NCBI RefSeq assembly: GCF_900167395.1
Contig: NZ_FUWK01000002.1
Location: forward strand, 1-32,000
Direction of reading: 5' to 3'
Source of the DNA: Nitrosomonas europaea
GTDB taxonomy: Bacteria; Pseudomonadota; Gammaproteobacteria; Burkholderiales; Nitrosomonadaceae
DNA length: 32,000 bases
Positions 1 to 7,974 of this stretch are shown one piece after another (the stretch's first letter is position 1; every line of letters begins with the position of its first letter). The notes below the pieces were generated by a model. The model was given only the letters and a program-made list of their open reading frames with translations. It was not told the DNA's origin and did not search any database. A program made the translations under genes and the position numbers.

Positions 1-1
1 T

Positions 2-280
2 CTGGCACAAGCCGGTATTGAACCGTCTGTCGGCAGTCGCGGTGACAGTTACGATAATGCGCTGGCTGAAACGATCAATGGCCTGTACAAGGCTGAACTG
101 ATACACAGGAGAGCTCCCTGGAAAACCAGGGCTGCTGTGGAGCTGGCAACTTTGGAATGGGTTGCCTGGTATAACCATCAACGCCTGCTTGGATCTATCG
201 GGTATATTCCTCCAGCTCAGGCTGAAGAAAACTACCGACAAACCCAGGATAATAAGACATTGATGGATATTTTACTTTAA
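2..280 (+). mobile_element. IS3-family transposase (OrfB, DDE integrase core), C-terminal fragment; the 5' part lies outside the window
   Basis: Frame 2 is open from the window edge to TAA 278-280. It translates to LAQAGIEPSVGSRGDSYDNALAETINGLYKAELIHRRAPWKTRAAVELATLEWVAWYNHQRLLGSIGYIPPAQAEENY... This carries the typical IS3-family C-terminal signature (DNAxxE third acidic residue, W-Y-N-x-x-R-L-x-x-S-x-G-Y). It is absent from the ORF track because no start codon lies in the window. Confidence 0.85.
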
Positions 281-313
281 CCAAATAGCCTCCTCGATTG
301 TCGGGACGGTTCA
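281..313. repeat. Candidate right terminal inverted repeat of the IS3-family element
   Basis: This stretch lies immediately after the transposase stop. The complementary strand from 313 reads TGAACCGTCCCGACAATCGAGG..., beginning with the 5'-TGAAC typical of IS3-family ends. The left end is not in the window, so the pairing cannot be verified. Confidence 0.4.
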
Positions 314-320
314 AAACTAA

Positions 321-869
321 GTGACGCCCTACCCTGCAATGGCGCGGCGAGCTCTTGCGCTTGCTGTAGGCGTGTTGTTGCTGACCAGCGTCTGGTCTAT
401 CGTCGTTCGTCTGCTCTACGTTCTGCCCACAACTGCCATCGAACGATTGGATGACACGCGCTTTGAGCTCCAGCGTTTGCAGACACTCGCCGCCGAGAAC
501 AGTAATCTCACCACTGATGATTTCACTCGGATCGAACAATCGATTTCCACACTGGTATTTCCCTCATCGAATGACAATGCTGCCTTTGTTGATGCTGTTA
601 ACATGCTGATCCATGACTCGGATGTGCAATTGCTGGAACTGCGGACGGCAGATCCATTCAATGATGGGAATCTGACCCGCTTCGCGCTGGACGTACGCAT
701 AAACGCGCCCGAGGAGAAGTTAGTACATCTGTTGAAATCACTCGAACGCCACCGGCCACTCCTGATCATCGATCGTGCCGTTGTTCTGGCCACTGCTGCG
801 GCGTCCGACGGTACTTCACCCCCCCTTTCCGTAGAACTCCGAATTTGGGCTTTTGCTGCAGAATACTGA
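321..869 (+). CDS. GspM/PilO-like inner-membrane assembly protein (T2SS-like)
   Basis: 182-aa ORF (GTG 321; alternative ATG 339). It has a very short N-terminus, one TM helix (ALALAVGVLLLTSVWSIVV), a coiled-coil-like stretch, then an alpha/beta C-terminal region (FALDVRINAPEEKLVHLLKSLERHRPLLIIDRAVV) with the architecture of GspM/PilO. It sits directly upstream of a secretin operon. Confidence 0.5.
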   Translation: MTPYPAMARRALALAVGVLLLTSVWSIVVRLLYVLPTTAIERLDDTRFELQRLQTLAAENSNLTTDDFTRIEQSISTLVFPSSNDNAAFVDAVNMLIHDSDVQLLELRTADPFNDGNLTRFALDVRINAPEEKLVHLLKSLERHRPLLIIDRAVVLATAAASDGTSPPLSVELRIWAFAAEY

Positions 870-1401
870 CAACTTCACCATGGCAAAGCCAATGTTCAAT
901 AGACAGACAACCATTCTGCTTGTCCTCAATACCTGTGTGATCTCGGCGTTTGTACTCATCCACTGGATAGTGTTGGATCATCCGGATGATTTATCAACAA
1001 AAAGCCGGAACGTACCGTCTGAGACCACCCCCCTGAGTATTCCAATGGAGACATTACCGAATGCGCTGGAACAGACATTATTATTTTCTTCTTCACGCAC
1101 CCGTACGGTAATATCTTCTCCCGAATCCACGGTGCCTCTGGATACTGCCCCCCCGCGTCTGGTGGGTATCGTCGAAGAGGAAGGGCACAAACGATTTGCC
1201 CTGCTTGAAGATGAGACTGCCACTTCCAGAAAGCTCGTCGCGCAAGGGGATACATTCGAGACATGGATGGTGGTTTCAGTCACATCCGATGCCATTCATT
1301 TGCGAAGCCGCTCGGATATCAATGATGGAGTCCATCCATCTTCTGATATCGAGCTCCGATTAAGGCCGTCTGTCCCACCTTCCCAAAATTTCAACCCATG
1401 A
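853..1401 (+). CDS. GspC/GspN/PilP-like secretin-interacting protein (T2SS-like)
   Basis: The ORF has one TM helix (ILLVLNTCVISAFVLIHWIVL) and an LLFSSSR motif. Its beta-rich C-terminal segment (PRLVGIVEEEGHKRFALLEDE..KLVAQGDTFETWMVVSVTSDAIHL) resembles the HR/PilP-type domain. The TTG 853 start overlaps the upstream gene; ATG 880 or 892 are alternative starts. The stop overlaps the secretin start (ATGA at 1398-1401). Confidence 0.45.
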   Translation: MLQNTDNFTMAKPMFNRQTTILLVLNTCVISAFVLIHWIVLDHPDDLSTKSRNVPSETTPLSIPMETLPNALEQTLLFSSSRTRTVISSPESTVPLDTAPPRLVGIVEEEGHKRFALLEDETATSRKLVAQGDTFETWMVVSVTSDAIHLRSRSDINDGVHPSSDIELRLRPSVPPSQNFNP

Positions 1402-3491
1402 ATCGATTCCAGACATTCTTTATCGGAACTGCCATGCTGGCAGGGCTAAATGCGTGTTCTACGACACGACCACCTGAACCGGCTCCTATTTCGACATGGA
1501 AAATCATGCCGGCGGTACCGATGCAACCGAGCGATGCTGCGTCATCAACCTCCACTACTCCGGAGCATCCCACCGGCATCTCAACGGAGTATTTCGAAGC
1601 CGGTTGGAGAGGACCTTCATCTTCCAAGGTTGGAAAGTTTGCCTTTGCAGACACTGGCGAGCGTTTCGAACTCAACTTCAACGAAGCCGATATCCGCGGT
1701 GTAATCGATGTGGTGCTCGGGGAAATGCTCAAACTTGACTATGTCGTCTCACCTGCAGTACAGGGCCGCATTACGTTGCGGACAAGTCGCCCGGTATCGA
1801 AAGCTTCTCTACTTTCTGCCCTGGAAGCGGCGTTGGGTACGGTTTCAGCGGTAATACTGAAAGATGAGCAAACCATCAGCGTGTTGCCATGGAGTGAAGC
1901 ACCTCAAAGAGTCAGACCCGCTCAGCGCTTTGCCTCTGCAATGCCTCCCACTCCCGGCTATGCTGTGGAAATCATTCCGCTCCGGTATATCAATGCAAAT
2001 GACATGCAGGCGATTCTTGACTCATTCGTCCCGAAGGGAATAGTTCTGCAGGCTGATACACGTCATGGGCATCTGGTCGTTGCGGGCAGCAGTCAGGATC
2101 GCGGCGCTATTCTCCATACCATCGAAAATTTCGATGTGGATTGGCTCAATGGAATGACTTTTGCGCTCTACAAGCTTTCTCAGAGCAGGCTGGAAGCCAT
2201 CGTTACGGAACTCAGAGAGATTTTCCAGGGCGAGATCGATCTTTTTACCACCCGTATCCATCTCGTACCCCTTGAGCGAATGCAAGCCGTACTCGGTGTG
2301 GCTCAGAATAAATCTGATCTCGAATTACTGCGTGAATGGATCGAGCGCCTCGATGTTTCGAAGTTAGGTGCACAACGCATTTTTGTCTATAACGTGCAGA
2401 ACGGAAATGCCAAGGATCTGGTGGCGCCCCTTCGACAGGTGCTGACCGGCGAGATGCAGGCAACAACGGCTTCGGGTACAACGGTATCACCGACATCGAC
2501 ACCAATGTCGACACCACAGATGCCCGCAGCAGCCCCCTCTCTCTCAGCTGAACCGTCTATATCCGGTTCTCAAACGAATGTCGGTCGACTTGTTGCAATC
2601 GAAGAGAACAATTCATTGATGTTCTACGGCACTGAGGATGAGTTCCGTGTCATCCAGGAGGCGCTCAAGCAGATCGATGTGCTGCCGCGCCAGGTCATGA
2701 TCGAGGCATTTCTGGCCGAAGTGACTCTGAACAACAACCTGCGCTATGGTGTTCAGTGGTTCTTCGATTCGGGTGAAAACACCGTTACACTGAGTGCAAC
2801 CGATGTCGGCTCAGTGGCATCACAGTTCCCTGGCTTTTCCTATATTTACGCGGGCAAGGCAAATGCTCGCATTGTCTTGAATGCCCTTCAATCCAAAACA
2901 GAAGTAAAGATTTTATCCGCACCCAAGATTTCCGTATTGAACAACCAGAAGGCAAGCCTGCAGGTAGGCGATCAGGTTCCTATCGTGACCCAGACATCTC
3001 AAGGAACAGTAGTAAGTGGAGCGCCGGTCATCAATACGATTCAAATGCGTGATACAGGCGTCATCCTGGAGGTGATACCGCGTGTCAATGATAACGGGAA
3101 TGTGATTCTCGATGTCACCCAGGAAGTAAGCGAAGTTGCACAAACCACTTCATCCGGTATTGATTCGCCAACCATCCAGCGACGGAAAATTCATAGTGTC
3201 ATTGCAACCCGGGATGGCTTCACAGTCGCACTTGGCGGGCTGATCCGGGAAAATGGCAGCGCCGGCAACAGTGGTGTACCTTTGATCAAGGATGTGCCGG
3301 TCATCGGCAATCTGTTCAAGAGCAATACTTCTGATATCCGCCGTACTGAGCTGGTCGTCCTGCTTGTTCCTCATGTAATGCGTAACCAGATGGAGACACA
3401 ATCGGTTGCCGACGCGTTAGTTGATGGCCTCGAGGCGGCTTCCCGTCTGGCCGAGCGTGCTCGTCTTCCTGCCCCATCACGTGCACAGTAG
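1398..3491 (+). CDS. gspD: GspD-family secretin, predicted lipoprotein (T2SS-type N0-N3 plus secretin domain)
   Basis: 697 aa. The signal peptide has lipobox L-N-A-C (Cys codon 1455-1457). An N0-like segment is present (FELNFNEADIRGVIDVVLGEMLKLDYVV). Repeated N1-N3-like modules follow (YAVEIIPLRYINANDM.., RIFVYNVQNGNAKDL.., LVAIEENNSLMFYGTEDEF). The C-terminal secretin core carries VPLIKDVPVIGNLFKS....ELVVLLVPHV. Confidence 0.9.
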   Translation: MNRFQTFFIGTAMLAGLNACSTTRPPEPAPISTWKIMPAVPMQPSDAASSTSTTPEHPTGISTEYFEAGWRGPSSSKVGKFAFADTGERFELNFNEADIRGVIDVVLGEMLKLDYVVSPAVQGRITLRTSRPVSKASLLSALEAALGTVSAVILKDEQTISVLPWSEAPQRVRPAQRFASAMPPTPGYAVEIIPLRYINANDMQAILDSFVPKGIVLQADTRHGHLVVAGSSQDRGAILHTIENFDVDWLNGMTFALYKLSQSRLEAIVTELREIFQGEIDLFTTRIHLVPLERMQAVLGVAQNKSDLELLREWIERLDVSKLGAQRIFVYNVQNGNAKDLVAPLRQVLTGEMQATTASGTTVSPTSTPMSTPQMPAAAPSLSAEPSISGSQTNVGRLVAIEENNSLMFYGTEDEFRVIQEALKQIDVLPRQVMIEAFLAEVTLNNNLRYGVQWFFDSGENTVTLSATDVGSVASQFPGFSYIYAGKANARIVLNALQSKTEVKILSAPKISVLNNQKASLQVGDQVPIVTQTSQGTVVSGAPVINTIQMRDTGVILEVIPRVNDNGNVILDVTQEVSEVAQTTSSGIDSPTIQRRKIHSVIATRDGFTVALGGLIRENGSAGNSGVPLIKDVPVIGNLFKSNTSDIRRTELVVLLVPHVMRNQMETQSVADALVDGLEAASRLAERARLPAPSRAQ

Positions 3492-4269
3492 GGGCTTTGT
3501 CCTCCTGCATACGCTGTGGCTGCTCCTCGCAGCAGCCACCCTCATTGTGGGTTCGATGATGGCTGTTTTTTATTCAGCCGAGGAGCTTACGATCTCGGAG
3601 CGACGGCTTAGAGCCGATCTTGCACATGAATCGGCCGTGGAAATGGTTATCTATGATGTCCTGGTCAAAGGGAACAGAAGTATCTGGATAGGTGACGGTA
3701 TTGTTACTCGAAATGTACAGATCAGCGAGCAAATGTTCAGTGTTTCAGTTCAGCAGGCGACAGGACTCATAGATGCCATGACATCTGATTCACGGATACT
3801 GAGTCGACTGTTGGCGTGGCTTGCCATCCCCCGGAACTCACGTGAGCCTGATTTCCTGTCAGCACGTTCGACAGGCACCCTTCGCCCTGCAACCTACACT
3901 GATTTGCAGGCAATGCTTGGTCTCAGCCATAGTGCATTTGCCTGTCTCTATCCTCACATTACATTTTACTCAGGCCGGGTGGAACCCGACTGGCGGTATG
4001 CATCGAATGATCTGGTCGAACTTGTTGGATTGAGATCCAGATCTGCCGGAACGCACTCTGTCCTGAATGACGATACGTCGTCCCATAATGTTACTGGCGC
4101 CACGCTTCGCGTGAATGTGCTTCCCGGGAATACCTCGGATGAGGCTGCAGGGCTTTCCGTCGAAGTGACGATTACCGGACAAATTGATCCCAGTCATCTC
4201 ATAAGAAGCTGGAAGCGTATTACCAGGATGGATAATAGTAAGCAGTGCCGTAACCTCAACACCCAATAG
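3481..4269 (+). CDS. GspK-like minor pseudopilin (divergent, short)
   Basis: The ORF track gives 3421..4269. GTG 3481 overlaps the secretin stop (3489-3491) and yields M-HSRG|FVLLHTLWLLLAAATLIV, a short basic leader ending in Gly followed by a hydrophobic helix without Glu at +5, as in GspK. Internal segments (QQATGLIDAMTSDSRILSRLLAWL and YTDLQAMLGLSHSAFACLYPHITFYSG) parallel conserved GspK blocks. Confidence 0.5.
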   Translation: MHSRGFVLLHTLWLLLAAATLIVGSMMAVFYSAEELTISERRLRADLAHESAVEMVIYDVLVKGNRSIWIGDGIVTRNVQISEQMFSVSVQQATGLIDAMTSDSRILSRLLAWLAIPRNSREPDFLSARSTGTLRPATYTDLQAMLGLSHSAFACLYPHITFYSGRVEPDWRYASNDLVELVGLRSRSAGTHSVLNDDTSSHNVTGATLRVNVLPGNTSDEAAGLSVEVTITGQIDPSHLIRSWKRITRMDNSKQCRNLNTQ

Positions 4270-4276
4270 CAGAAAA

Positions 4277-4312
4277 ATAAACTACCCTGCCGCAAGCAAC
4301 GGGGTAGTTTAT
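4277..4312 (+). terminator. Hairpin terminator candidate ending the T2SS-like operon
   Basis: A perfect 11-bp stem pairs ATAAACTACCC (4277-4287) with GGGTAGTTTAT (4302-4312) around a 14-nt loop, starting 8 nt after the stop at 4269. The U-rich stretch is partly inside the 3' arm and there is no long separate U-tract. Confidence 0.5.
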
Positions 4313-4391
4313 TGATAAGGATAGTTTTCTTCCTGGAGAGCAGGAATCCGGAAGAGAGGCTGAAAGCTGCTTGTTCCTGCCTTCAGGAGTT

Positions 4392-4457
4392 TTGCAAAGA
4401 GGTAAATATTGTATATAGACTATTAAAGGACTATATTCAATCCTATATTTTTTGAGG
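4392..4457 (+). promoter_or_regulatory. Putative toxin-antitoxin promoter, operator repeats and RBS
   Basis: TTGCAA (4392-4397), a 16-nt spacer, then TATAGA (4414-4419). GACTAT repeats occur at 4418 and 4429, CCTATAT at 4442, and TATATAG (4412-4418) is inverted relative to CTATAT (4431-4436). GAGGA lies at 4453-4457, 8 nt before ATG 4466. Confidence 0.3.
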
Positions 4458-4465
4458 ATTTTTAA

Positions 4466-4741
4466 ATGCGCTATTCAACACAGATCAGACCTATTAGTTA
4501 TCTAAAAGCAAATGCCGCTGAGGTTTTAGCTTATTTAACCGAAAACAGGGAACCATTGATCATTACTCAGAATGGAGAAGCTAAAGCTGTTATCCAGGAT
4601 ATCGCCTCTTTTGAAGAGACACAGGAAACGTTAGCATTGCTAAAAATTCTTGCACTCGGCAATGCTGAGATCGAAGCGGGTGAAGTGCAGCCGGTACATG
4701 AGGTCATCGCAGGATTGCGTACCAGGCAGACAATAAAATAA
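4466..4741 (+). CDS. Phd/YefM-family type II antitoxin
   Basis: 91 aa. The N-terminus (ISYLKANAAEVLAYLTENREPLIITQNGEAKAVIQDIASFEETQETLALLKIL) is the typical Phd/YefM fold signature. The stop shares one nucleotide with the toxin ATG (TAATG at 4739-4743). Confidence 0.85.
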   Translation: MRYSTQIRPISYLKANAAEVLAYLTENREPLIITQNGEAKAVIQDIASFEETQETLALLKILALGNAEIEAGEVQPVHEVIAGLRTRQTIK

Positions 4742-5076
4742 TGGCGATCCGCCAATATGAAGTACTGTTTACTCGGGGTGCTGAGCAGGATCTCGAACTG
4801 ATCTACGATTATATTGTTGAATCTGATTGCAAAGCTAATGCTGACAGTGTTTTAGATCGTCTGCTGGAAGTGGTGGAAAATCTGGCTACTTTTCCCAGTC
4901 GGGGAACCTGGCCCAAGGAGCTTGTTGCGGTTGGCATCCGAGAATATCGACAGGCGATTTTTAAACCATACCGTGTAATTTACCGGGTAATTGAGCAGAA
5001 GGTGTATATCTACTTAATTGCTGATGGCCGGCGTGATATGCAATCTCTTTTAATGCACCGATTACTGGGGAAATGA
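4741..5076 (+). CDS. RelE/ParE-superfamily type II toxin (ParE-like)
   Basis: 111 aa. It carries AEQDLELIYDYI...LATFPSRG......GIREYRQAIFKPYRVIYRVIEQKVYIYLIADGRRD, the typical ParE/RelE pattern. It is coupled to the upstream antitoxin. Confidence 0.8.
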   Translation: MAIRQYEVLFTRGAEQDLELIYDYIVESDCKANADSVLDRLLEVVENLATFPSRGTWPKELVAVGIREYRQAIFKPYRVIYRVIEQKVYIYLIADGRRDMQSLLMHRLLGK

Positions 5077-5159
5077 GGATTGAGCCACTTAAATCGAGAA
5101 GGCGGGATAAACGAAGATTGTAAGACGGCTCATGGCAGTGATCCCAATGACAAACCGTA

Positions 5160-6671
5160 TCAGGCGAGAAAAAGCTGGTAAGCCGGGTTGTCATTTTCAT
5201 CCCAGAAGCTGTAGCCCAGTTTATCGAGGAACTCCCTGAATTCCTGTTTTTCTTCCGGCGGAACTTGTATACCGATCAGCACACGGCCGAAATCGGCACC
5301 ATGATTACGATAGTGAAACAGGCTGATGTTCCAGTGGTCGCTCATGTGATTCAGAAAATTCATGAGTGCACCCGGGCGATCAGGGAATTCGAAGCGATAC
5401 AAAATTTCATGCATGACTTCTCTGCTGCGCCCGCCCACCATGTGACGGATATGCAGTTTGGCCATTTCGTTATCGGTCATGTCTTCGGTTTTCAAACCGT
5501 TTTCCTGCAGAATCTCGATCAAATGTAACGATTCCTCCCGATTGCGCACTGATACACCGACAAAGACATGCGCCATCTCGGGGTCCGCATAGCGGTAATT
5601 GAATTCAGTGATATTACGAGCGCCCAGCAGATTGCAGAATTTTTTGAAGCTGCCCGGTTTTTCAGGGATCGTGACTGCGAGGATAGCTTCGCGCTGCTCA
5701 CCAAGTTCTGCCCGTTCAGAAACATGACGCAAACGGTCAAAATTCATGTTCGCGCCGGAAGCAATCGCAACCAGGACTTCGTGCAGCAAGTTTTTTTGTT
5801 TGACGTATGCCTTCAACCCGGCAATTGAAAGTGCTCCCGAAGGTTCAACGATGGAGCGTGTATCCTCGAAAATATCCTTGATCGCTGCACAAATGGCATC
5901 CGAATCCACCAGGATGATGTCATCCACCAGCTCACGGCACAGCCGGAAGGTTTCCTCGCCTACCAGGCGGACAGCCACGCCATCCGCAAACAGCCCCACC
6001 TGGGAGAGTTCGACACGATAGCCTGCCTGCAGGGAGCGGTACATGGCATTTGAATCAACCGGCTCCACTCCGATCACCTTGATATCCGGTCGCAACCGTT
6101 TCACATACGCGGCAATGCCTGAAATCAGCCCTCCGCCACCGATCGGTACAAAAATTGCGTGAATCCTGCCCGGATGCTGGCGCAGAATTTCCATGGCAAT
6201 CGTGCCCTGTCCGGCAATTACATCGGGATCGTCGTAAGGATGGACAAATTCAGCTTCTTTTTCTTCGGCGAGATTCCGTGCATATTCGTAGGCATCATTA
6301 TAGGAATCTCCTTGCAGCAGCACGGCTGCACCCATTGCCATCACCGCATTGATTTTGATTTGCGGTGTGGTGGCCGGCATCACGATGGTGGCAGAACAGC
6401 CCAGCTTTTGTGCGGCCAGTGCCACCCCCTGTGCATGATTACCCGCTGAAGCGGCCACCACACCCTGTTGCAGTACATCCGGGGAGAGCCTGGCCATTTT
6501 GTTATAGGCGCCGCGCAGCTTGAAGGAAAAAACCCGCTGCATGTCCTCTCTTTTGAGCAATACGCGGTTATGGATACGAGCAGATAATGACGGAGCGAAA
6601 TCAAGGGGCGTCTCGCTGGCAACGTCATAGACATGCGCAGTCAGTATCCTTTCGAGATAATCATTTACCAT
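5160..6671 (-). CDS. ilvA: Biosynthetic threonine ammonia-lyase (threonine dehydratase)
   Basis: 503 aa. It has the PLP-lysine motif FSFKLRGAYN, the glycine-rich loop PIGGGGLISG, and a C-terminal duplicated regulatory (ACT-like) region of typical IlvA length. Confidence 0.95.
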   Translation of the reverse strand: MVNDYLERILTAHVYDVASETPLDFAPSLSARIHNRVLLKREDMQRVFSFKLRGAYNKMARLSPDVLQQGVVAASAGNHAQGVALAAQKLGCSATIVMPATTPQIKINAVMAMGAAVLLQGDSYNDAYEYARNLAEEKEAEFVHPYDDPDVIAGQGTIAMEILRQHPGRIHAIFVPIGGGGLISGIAAYVKRLRPDIKVIGVEPVDSNAMYRSLQAGYRVELSQVGLFADGVAVRLVGEETFRLCRELVDDIILVDSDAICAAIKDIFEDTRSIVEPSGALSIAGLKAYVKQKNLLHEVLVAIASGANMNFDRLRHVSERAELGEQREAILAVTIPEKPGSFKKFCNLLGARNITEFNYRYADPEMAHVFVGVSVRNREESLHLIEILQENGLKTEDMTDNEMAKLHIRHMVGGRSREVMHEILYRFEFPDRPGALMNFLNHMSDHWNISLFHYRNHGADFGRVLIGIQVPPEEKQEFREFLDKLGYSFWDENDNPAYQLFLA

Positions 6672-6782
6672 GGTAAAGTGGAAAAAACCGGGAGTATGAC
6701 AGCACTGAGTGAGAAGCCGATTTCAGAGCTGGCATCAAATTCTGAAGAACCGTGAAATCTGTAGTAATCGCGCGTCACACGT

Positions 6783-7958
6783 TTATTGCAATCCGCGAGC
6801 AAGATCGGCCTTGAGGTCATCTGGTGATTCCAGACCTACCGCGATACGCAGCAAACCATCCCTGATTCCGGCAGCTTCACGTGCTTCCTGACTGATTCGT
6901 CCGTGAGTCGTGGTAGCAGGATGCGTCAGTGTACTTTTGGTATCACCAAGATTGGCTGTAATCGACATCAGCCGGGCGGCATCGACAACACGCCAGGCAG
7001 CCTCCCTGCCGCCTTTCACCTCGAACGAAACGATACCCCCTCCTGTTTTCTGCTGGCGCATTGCAAGCTCATGTTGCGGATGTGATGGCAGACCGGGATA
7101 AAACACACGCCCCACCCGGGGATGGGTTTCCAGCCAGCGTGCCACTTCCAGTGCATGATCCGAATGCGCCTTTACTCTAAGGCTCAATGTTTCCATCCCT
7201 TTCAGGATGATCCAGGCATTGAATGCACTCAGAGACGGGCCGGCAGTACGCAGAAAACTGAATATGCCGCTGTCCATGAGTAAATCACGTTTACCCAGGA
7301 TGGCCCCCCCCAGTACTCTGCCCTGCCCGTCCAGATATTTCGTTGCTGAATGAATCACCAGATCCGCACCCAGCTTGAGTGGCTGCTGTATGATCGGCGT
7401 ACAGAAACAGTTATCCACTGCCAGCCACACACCGGCTCGTTTGGCTATTTCTGCCAGTGCAGCAATATCGGAAATCTCAGTCAGCGGATTGGAAGGTGTT
7501 TCCAGGAAAAACAACCTGGTGTTGGGCCTGACTGCAGCCTGCCATTCAGCAGGATCCGTCGCTGAAACAAATGTCGTTTGAATACCGAAGCGACTGAGAA
7601 TATTGTTGAACAGACTGACAGTAGATCCAAACAGGCTGCGAGAAGCAACGATATGATCCCCGGCAGACAACAGGCCCATGACACAGGTGAGAATGGCAGA
7701 CATACCGGAAGCAGTCGCAATACAGGCTTCTGCACCCTCCAGAACAGCCAGCCGTTCCTGCATTGCAGTCACGGTCGGGTTAGTGAAACGCGAATAGATA
7801 TTCCCGGGCTCTTGTCCGGAAAAACGCGCTGCAGCCTGGGCAGCACTGTCAAATACAAAACTCGAGGTCAGGTAAAGTGATTCCGAATGTTCATTGAATT
7901 GACTGCGGTGAACACCGGTATGAATGGCCAGTGTTTCCGGATCCAGATCGTTCGTCAT
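6783..7958 (-). CDS. metZ: O-succinylhomoserine sulfhydrylase (Cys/Met-metabolism PLP enzyme)
   Basis: 391 aa with the PLP-Lys motif HSATKYLDGQGRVLGG. It is adjacent to purF, as in the conserved purF-metZ arrangement of Pseudomonas and betaproteobacteria. Confidence 0.8.
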   Translation of the reverse strand: MTNDLDPETLAIHTGVHRSQFNEHSESLYLTSSFVFDSAAQAAARFSGQEPGNIYSRFTNPTVTAMQERLAVLEGAEACIATASGMSAILTCVMGLLSAGDHIVASRSLFGSTVSLFNNILSRFGIQTTFVSATDPAEWQAAVRPNTRLFFLETPSNPLTEISDIAALAEIAKRAGVWLAVDNCFCTPIIQQPLKLGADLVIHSATKYLDGQGRVLGGAILGKRDLLMDSGIFSFLRTAGPSLSAFNAWIILKGMETLSLRVKAHSDHALEVARWLETHPRVGRVFYPGLPSHPQHELAMRQQKTGGGIVSFEVKGGREAAWRVVDAARLMSITANLGDTKSTLTHPATTTHGRISQEAREAAGIRDGLLRIAVGLESPDDLKADLARGLQ

Positions 7959-7974
7959 GATTGTTCTTTTATGA

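Noticed and set aside
195-539. A 114-aa minus-strand ORF spanning the IS end and the first T2SS-like gene
   Set aside because: It crosses the IS boundary and overlaps two better-supported plus-strand frames. It has no motif support.
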